Source: Elusimicrobiales bacterium
GTDB lineage: Bacteria > Elusimicrobiota > Elusimicrobia > Elusimicrobiales > UBA9959
DNA: 64,000 nucleotides
Direction: 5' to 3'
Assembly: GCA_024681855.1 (NCBI GenBank)
Contig: JAILAB010000058.1
Span: forward strand, 982-64,981
Shown in pieces: positions 59,154-64,000 of the stretch. Each line of letters opens with the position of its first letter. Position 1 is the stretch's first letter. The notes under the pieces were generated by a model. That model saw only the letters and a program-made list of their open reading frames with translations, had not been told where the DNA came from and searched no databases. Position numbers and translations under genes: made by a program.

Positions 59154-59240
59154 ATTTTTCTGTTAATTGATTAATATAAATTGCTACAATAATATTTGTC
59201 CAGCTTATGGACAAAGCTGTTTGAAAAGCAGTTTTCTGCC

Positions 59241-59324
59241 GGGCTTGTGGCGGAACTGGTAGACGCGACGGACTTAAAATCCGTTTCCCGCAAGGGAGTA
59301 TGGGTTCGATTCCCATCATGCCCA
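59241..59324 (+). tRNA. tRNA-Leu(TAA)
   Basis: GGGCTTGTGGCGGAACTGGTAGACGCG-ACGGA-CTTAAAA-TCCGT-variable arm-GGGTTCGATTCCC-CATGCCCA. Confidence 0.93.
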
Positions 59325-59354
59325 CACAAATTTTTAATGTATCCTGGAGGATAT

Positions 59355-59981
59355 ATGCCTGTTGCCCCTATTGGATTTAAAGTCATCGCTTTTGGCCTTG
59401 CTGCTGTTGTAGCAGGGCTTATTCTTTTAAAATGGTGTTTTTGGCTCGGCATGCCTCTGATTGTATTAGGCATTTTATTCTCTGCGTTTTCACTTTATTT
59501 TTTCCGCGACCCGGAAAGGCCTAGAGTATTTGCTGATCAGGAAATTGCATGTCCTGCGGATGGCACTGTAATGTCTGTTCAGAATGAAGGCAAGCCCGGA
59601 ATAACGGTAATCAGAATTTTTCTCTCCATTTTTAATGTGCATGTTCAGCGCGCTCCCATTGCCGGCACCATTACGGAGACAAAATACACGAAAGGCAAGT
59701 TTGCCGTAGCATATAAGCCTGAAGCTCGTGAAAATGAAAAAAATTTAATAGCTATAACAGGCCAGGATGGCCGAAAGGTTGAAATTGAACAGATAACTGG
59801 CGCAATTGCCAGAAGAATAGCCTGCTATGTTGCTGAAGGACAGAATGTTAAGTCTGGAGAAAGAGTAGGAATGATTTACTTCGGTTCACAGGTCGCTGTT
59901 TATCTTCCTGAAAACGCAAAAATTCTTGTTAAGCCTGGAGATAAGGTGGCCGGCGCGGAGACTGTCTTAGCTACATGGTAA
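59355..59981 (+). CDS. psd: Phosphatidylserine decarboxylase proenzyme
   Basis: FFRDPER, PADG, IFLS.FNVH.QR.P, NE.N, GAIARRI, autocleavage site FGS; start revised past the tRNA (SD GGAGG). Confidence 0.93.
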   Translation: MPVAPIGFKVIAFGLAAVVAGLILLKWCFWLGMPLIVLGILFSAFSLYFFRDPERPRVFADQEIACPADGTVMSVQNEGKPGITVIRIFLSIFNVHVQRAPIAGTITETKYTKGKFAVAYKPEARENEKNLIAITGQDGRKVEIEQITGAIARRIACYVAEGQNVKSGERVGMIYFGSQVAVYLPENAKILVKPGDKVAGAETVLATW

Positions 59982-59991
59982 TGTTTAGGTA

Positions 59992-60804
59992 ATGACTATG
60001 CAGGAAAAAAAGAATATTGCTGATAAAATCGGAAAAATAGACATAGAAAAAATAAAGCATACTGGAGCCGTGGCTGTTCCGTCTATGTTCACGCTTGCAA
60101 ATATGGGCTTTGGCTTTTTTGCGATACTTTCAGCATCGGAGGGGGATTATGTCCGCGCTGCATGGCTCATAGTGTGTTCTTATTTCATGGATATGTTAGA
60201 TGGCCGTGTTGCCAGATTCCTCCATGGCGAAAGCCCATTGGGCGTTGAGCTTGACTCATTTGCCGACTGGATGTCTTTTGGCATTGCTCCTGCATATATA
60301 ATGTTCCGCATGACCTTAAAGGATATCGGTTATATAGGCTATGCCATAGCTTTCTTTTATGTCCTTTGCGGCCTTTTGAGGCTTGCCAGATTCAACCTTA
60401 AAGCTCATTTTGGCGAAGAAGAAAATTCTCATGCCTCTTTTCAAGGTCTGCCAATTCCGGGAGCGGCTGGCGTAATAATTGCCATTGTTTTAAACTATAG
60501 CCTTGTGGAGTCGCTTAGGGAAGGCGTTTGGGCTAGCATTATGGCAGGCGTATTCGCTTCCTCCTCTTTTATAGTGCCAGTTCTTTCCCTGCTAATGGTG
60601 TCTTCAATTCCTTTCCCGGCTTATAAGGGCGGCATAAGTATGGCTTCTAAATCCGCGCTTATACTTTTGACTGCTGTTCTTGTTCTTTTTATCGGATATC
60701 CGAGAGAAACCCTTTTTGTTGTTTTTTCTTGTTATGTGCTTTACGGCATATTAAGATGCTTGCTCAATCTGATTAAATCTTTATTTAAAAGCAAGACAGC
60801 TTAA
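59992..60804 (+). CDS. pssA: CDP-diacylglycerol--serine O-phosphatidyltransferase
   Basis: PS.FT.AN, D.LDGRVAR, G.ELDS.AD..SFG.AP, LRLARFN, FQGLP.PGAA. Confidence 0.93.
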   Translation: MTMQEKKNIADKIGKIDIEKIKHTGAVAVPSMFTLANMGFGFFAILSASEGDYVRAAWLIVCSYFMDMLDGRVARFLHGESPLGVELDSFADWMSFGIAPAYIMFRMTLKDIGYIGYAIAFFYVLCGLLRLARFNLKAHFGEEENSHASFQGLPIPGAAGVIIAIVLNYSLVESLREGVWASIMAGVFASSSFIVPVLSLLMVSSIPFPAYKGGISMASKSALILLTAVLVLFIGYPRETLFVVFSCYVLYGILRCLLNLIKSLFKSKTA

Positions 60805-60823
60805 TTTTTTTGCGGCTTAATAT

Positions 60824-60864
60824 AAAACAGCCTCGGAAATAATATTTATTTCCGAGGCTGTTTT
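60824..60864. terminator. Bidirectional terminator between pssA and metG
   Basis: aaaacagcctcggaaataa...ttatttccgaggctgtttt. Confidence 0.88.
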
Positions 60865-60884
60865 TTTACAATGCTTATTCTTCT

Positions 60885-62348
60885 TTAGGCCTTGCGCGGG
60901 AAAAGAGGCTTTACCTTTTCTCCGTCAGCTATGGCTTTTTTTGCTCCAAGATGAATTTTCATGGCTTCTGCCGTAGATGGCATAAACGGCTCTATCCAGC
61001 TTGCAATAAGCCTAAGGCACCATATTAGTTCATTTAAAAAGCCAGGAAGGGCTTCAGGATCCTTTTTTGCCATTTCCCATGGCTTCCTGTCTGCAACTAT
61101 CTTGTTTAGGCCGCTAATGGCAGTCCATATTGTTTCAAGAGCATCTGAAAATTGTAAGGTTTCTATGCTATTGTCTATTTTTCCAGTAAGGGCCGCTAAT
61201 TCAGCATATATTTTGGACGAAGGATCTTCTGGCAGCCTTTCATTAAGATTTTTATTAGCCATGTTTATTATTCTTGAAAAAAGATTGCCAAGATCATTTG
61301 CCAGGTCAGAATTGTAGCGGCGCTTAAATGCTTCCATAGAGAAATCGCCGTCTTGTCCGAATGTTACTTCCCTGAATGTGAAATATCTTATAGCGTCCAG
61401 GCCATATTCTGCCACTACATCTTCCGCTTTTATGAAATTGCCTGTGGATTTAGACATCTTGTCTCCGTTTACAGTCCACCAGCCATGCGCATATACCTGT
61501 TTTGGCAAGTCCAGTCCTAAAGCCATTAGCATGGCTGGCCATATCACTCCGTGAAAGCGGAATATTTCCTTGCCAACAAGATGAACGTCAGCTGGCCAAT
61601 ATTCATTGAAATCTGCTGAAATATGTTCAGGATTATATCCTCGTCCGGTTATGTAATTCAGCAGCGCGTCAAACCATACATAAATTGTATGCCTGGGGTC
61701 TGATTTTACTGGGATGCCCCAATTAACTTTTGTTCTTGAAACGGAGAGATCTGTTAGCCCTGATTTTACAAAGTTTACAAGCTCTTTGGCTCTATATGAC
61801 GGCGCGAGGAAGTCAGGGTGCTCTTCATAATATTTCAGCAGCTGGTCTTGGTATTTTGACAATCTGAAGAAATAAGATTCTTCTTTAAGCGCATCCACAG
61901 GCTTGTGATGAATGGGGCATTTCCCGTCTTGCAGTTCGTTCTCAGTATAGAAAGCTTCGCAGGATTTGCAGTAAAGACCTTCATATTCACCTTTATATAT
62001 ATCCCCGCTTTTTATGAGTTTTTCAAAAACAGCCTGCACTGCTTGCTCATGCAGGCTGTCTGTTGTTCTTATGAAATAATCATATTTTATACCGAGAGTT
62101 TCCCAAAGAACGCGGAAGTGTGATGAAATTTCATCGCACCACTGCTTTGGAGGAATGTTTTTTTCTATAGCTGTTTTCTCTATATTAGAGCCATGCTCAT
62201 CTGTTCCTGTCTGAAGAAAGGCTTCCCTGTTTTTCATTCGCAGGTGACGGGCTAGAATGTCTGCTGCCATTGTCGTGTAAGCATGCCCTATATGGGGATC
62301 GCTGTTCACATAGTATAAAGGCGTTGTGATATAGTATTTCTTTTTCAT
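60885..62348 (-). CDS. metG: Methionine--tRNA ligase, short form without C-terminal tRNA-binding domain
   Basis: YITTP.YY.N..PHIGH, TGTDEHG, YVWFDAL, KMSKS.GN, LAND.GNL. Confidence 0.96.
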   Translation of the reverse strand: MKKKYYITTPLYYVNSDPHIGHAYTTMAADILARHLRMKNREAFLQTGTDEHGSNIEKTAIEKNIPPKQWCDEISSHFRVLWETLGIKYDYFIRTTDSLHEQAVQAVFEKLIKSGDIYKGEYEGLYCKSCEAFYTENELQDGKCPIHHKPVDALKEESYFFRLSKYQDQLLKYYEEHPDFLAPSYRAKELVNFVKSGLTDLSVSRTKVNWGIPVKSDPRHTIYVWFDALLNYITGRGYNPEHISADFNEYWPADVHLVGKEIFRFHGVIWPAMLMALGLDLPKQVYAHGWWTVNGDKMSKSTGNFIKAEDVVAEYGLDAIRYFTFREVTFGQDGDFSMEAFKRRYNSDLANDLGNLFSRIINMANKNLNERLPEDPSSKIYAELAALTGKIDNSIETLQFSDALETIWTAISGLNKIVADRKPWEMAKKDPEALPGFLNELIWCLRLIASWIEPFMPSTAEAMKIHLGAKKAIADGEKVKPLFPRKA

Positions 62349-62356
62349 GTCTGTGA

Positions 62357-63433
62357 TTATTCTCCAAGTAATTGGTCAATTGTTATTCCTGCTTCTTCGC
62401 TTGAAAGCAGGGCTGCTTCCAGTATTCTAGAGGAGGAAACATTGCGCCTGGTTAATGAACGGAGTTCCATTACTTCCTTAATTAGTTTTGCATAGGAATG
62501 CTGCTTCCCAGGGGTATTTTTCCATATCTCTCTTTGCCTGTATGCCATTAGTTCCAAAAAAGCATTTGTCTCTTCCCTGGCTTTATGGGAATCTTTTGGC
62601 AGCATTGATGCAAATTGAAAAATCCTGCTCCTGTCATTATTAAGCATTCTGCTCCTATCCCTAAAGATTTTTATTTTTCTGGCTTTGTCTAGTGAACCGA
62701 GGCTGTTTTTTGAGAAAAATTCCAAGTCATCGCTGGGAAAACCTTCTTTTTTTAAAAGTATTTTCATCGCTTCTTCTGACAAGGGGGAAAATTTTACTAT
62801 TGCTGCTCGGGATAGAATTGTTGGCAGCAGAGAGTTTTTATCTGAAGCAAGCAGGCAGATTATTGTTCCTTCCGGCGGATCTTCCAAAGTTTTTAATAAT
62901 GAGTTTTGAGCCTCCGGCAAAAGTTTTTCAGCATCTCTTACTATAAAAACCTTATGGGGGGAGATAAAGGGCTTCTGATATGCTTTCTTTATCATTTCTC
63001 TCATTGTGTCAATTTTAAGATTAGCTGATTCTTTGCCAGTTTTTTCCAGCTGATCTTCCAGGCCTGTTATTATTATGTCTGGATGCGCGTTATTTTTTAT
63101 CTGAATGCATGAAAGACACTTGCCGCATGATTCCCATGGCGGAATGTTAAGTTTTTCAGGTATGTTTTCTTCTTCCGGGAGTTCATGCTGCTCTGGTTCT
63201 TCTATGGAGCTAAAGAGATCGTCGGATATTTTTGGCAAAGTTTTTTTCTTTGCTTTCTCTATATACGGAATTTTTGTGCAATTAAGCGCAGCTGAAAAAG
63301 CAATGGCCGCAGGATATTTGCCGCATCCTGCCGGGCCGAGAAATATCAATGCCGGGGGAATCCTGCCTGTTTTAAGCATAGATTGCAGGTGATGCGTTGC
63401 GCTTTTTTGTGATAAAATTTCAGAGAAGTTCAT
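62357..63433 (-). CDS. holB: DNA polymerase III delta' subunit
   Basis: GPAGCGK, LNC...CGKCLSC, HPD, AQNSLLKTLEDPP, LLPTILSR; follows tmk. Confidence 0.88.
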   Translation of the reverse strand: MNFSEILSQKSATHHLQSMLKTGRIPPALIFLGPAGCGKYPAAIAFSAALNCTKIPYIEKAKKKTLPKISDDLFSSIEEPEQHELPEEENIPEKLNIPPWESCGKCLSCIQIKNNAHPDIIITGLEDQLEKTGKESANLKIDTMREMIKKAYQKPFISPHKVFIVRDAEKLLPEAQNSLLKTLEDPPEGTIICLLASDKNSLLPTILSRAAIVKFSPLSEEAMKILLKKEGFPSDDLEFFSKNSLGSLDKARKIKIFRDRSRMLNNDRSRIFQFASMLPKDSHKAREETNAFLELMAYRQREIWKNTPGKQHSYAKLIKEVMELRSLTRRNVSSSRILEAALLSSEEAGITIDQLLGE

Positions 63434-63999
63434 TTTATGATTATTTCTTTTACTAACCGCAGCACTTCTTTCCGTATGTCATCTATGCTTTTTGAAGCAT
63501 CTATTTTTTTTATGCCTTTTCTTTGGGCAAAATCTTTATAGGCCTTGTGTATTTTACTCCGGAAATCCAAATGTTCGCTTTCAAATCTGTCTGTGCCATT
63601 TTTAGTTTCTTCAGCACGCATTCTTTTCTCAAATTCTTGTTCCGGAATATCAAACAGAATTGTTAAGTCTGGCTGAATGCTTTCAGATGCGATATTGTTT
63701 ATAGTCTGTATTTCGTCTAGCGGTAAGCCTCTTCCATAGCCCTGGTAGGCTTCTGTTGACAATGTGAATCTGTCTGATATTACTATTTTGCCTGCCGCAA
63801 TAGCTGGCTTGATTATTTCAGCTGTATGCTGGCTTCGCGAAGCTGAAAAGAGAAAAAGTTCTGCCAAAGGTGAAACTTTTCCATTTGGATCTAAAAGGAT
63901 TTTTCTTACTTGTTCTGATAGAGCTGTTCCGCCTGGCTCACGCGTTAAAATAACATCAAAGCCGTTTTCTTCCAGCCATGCTTTTAGCAATGCTGCTTG
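63430..63999 (-). CDS. tmk: Thymidylate kinase (5' end outside the window)
   Basis: TREPGGT, ELFLF.ASR.QH, SDRF..ST.AYQG.GRG, PDLT, DRFE. Confidence 0.95.
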   Translation of the reverse strand, partial: QAALLKAWLEENGFDVILTREPGGTALSEQVRKILLDPNGKVSPLAELFLFSASRSQHTAEIIKPAIAAGKIVISDRFTLSTEAYQGYGRGLPLDEIQTINNIASESIQPDLTILFDIPEQEFEKRMRAEETKNGTDRFESEHLDFRSKIHKAYKDFAQRKGIKKIDASKSIDDIRKEVLRLVKEIIIK

Positions 64000-64000
64000 C

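Noticed and set aside
59196-59354. N-terminal extension of psd
   Set aside because: It runs through tRNA-Leu; the real start at 59355 has a GGAGG SD
1-64000. CRISPR array, prophage, IS element, rRNA, replication origin, stop-codon recoding
   Set aside because: No regularly spaced repeats, phage or transposase genes, rRNA motifs or DnaA-box clusters seen; conserved genes translate fully with the standard code

Overview
A 64-kb, gene-dense bacterial chromosomal segment, mostly housekeeping. The gene set and protein divergence suggest an anaerobic diderm, possibly Elusimicrobiota; that placement is a tentative inference. Housekeeping content: rplM-rpsI, dcd, feoAB, rluE, rnd, clpB with a CIRCE operator, oadGAB with a biotin ligase, rubredoxin, dnaE, dapFA, tkt, PBP1A, alr, mfd, psd-pssA, metG, holB, tmk and three tRNAs (Leu-CAG, Tyr-GTA, Leu-TAA). 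I found no prophage, IS transposase, integrase, rRNA or CRISPR array. The most interesting signals are: (1) a tightly packed minus-strand operon (6435 to <1) with an intact secreted 5'-nucleotidase, then a catalytically dead lipoprotein paralog, a catalytically degenerate membrane-anchored AphA-like phosphatase, an ASPIC/UnbV FG-GAP protein and an HrpB-type helicase; (2) a probable ~135-nt small RNA with a C-rich loop (G-quadruplex pattern on the other strand); (3) a DUF3990-DUF3791-like fusion with a degenerate active site; (4) two diverged ~165-bp copies of a palindromic repeat at gene 3' ends; (5) recurring leaderless or near-leaderless gene starts. Family calls come from motif recognition by eye; no searches were run.
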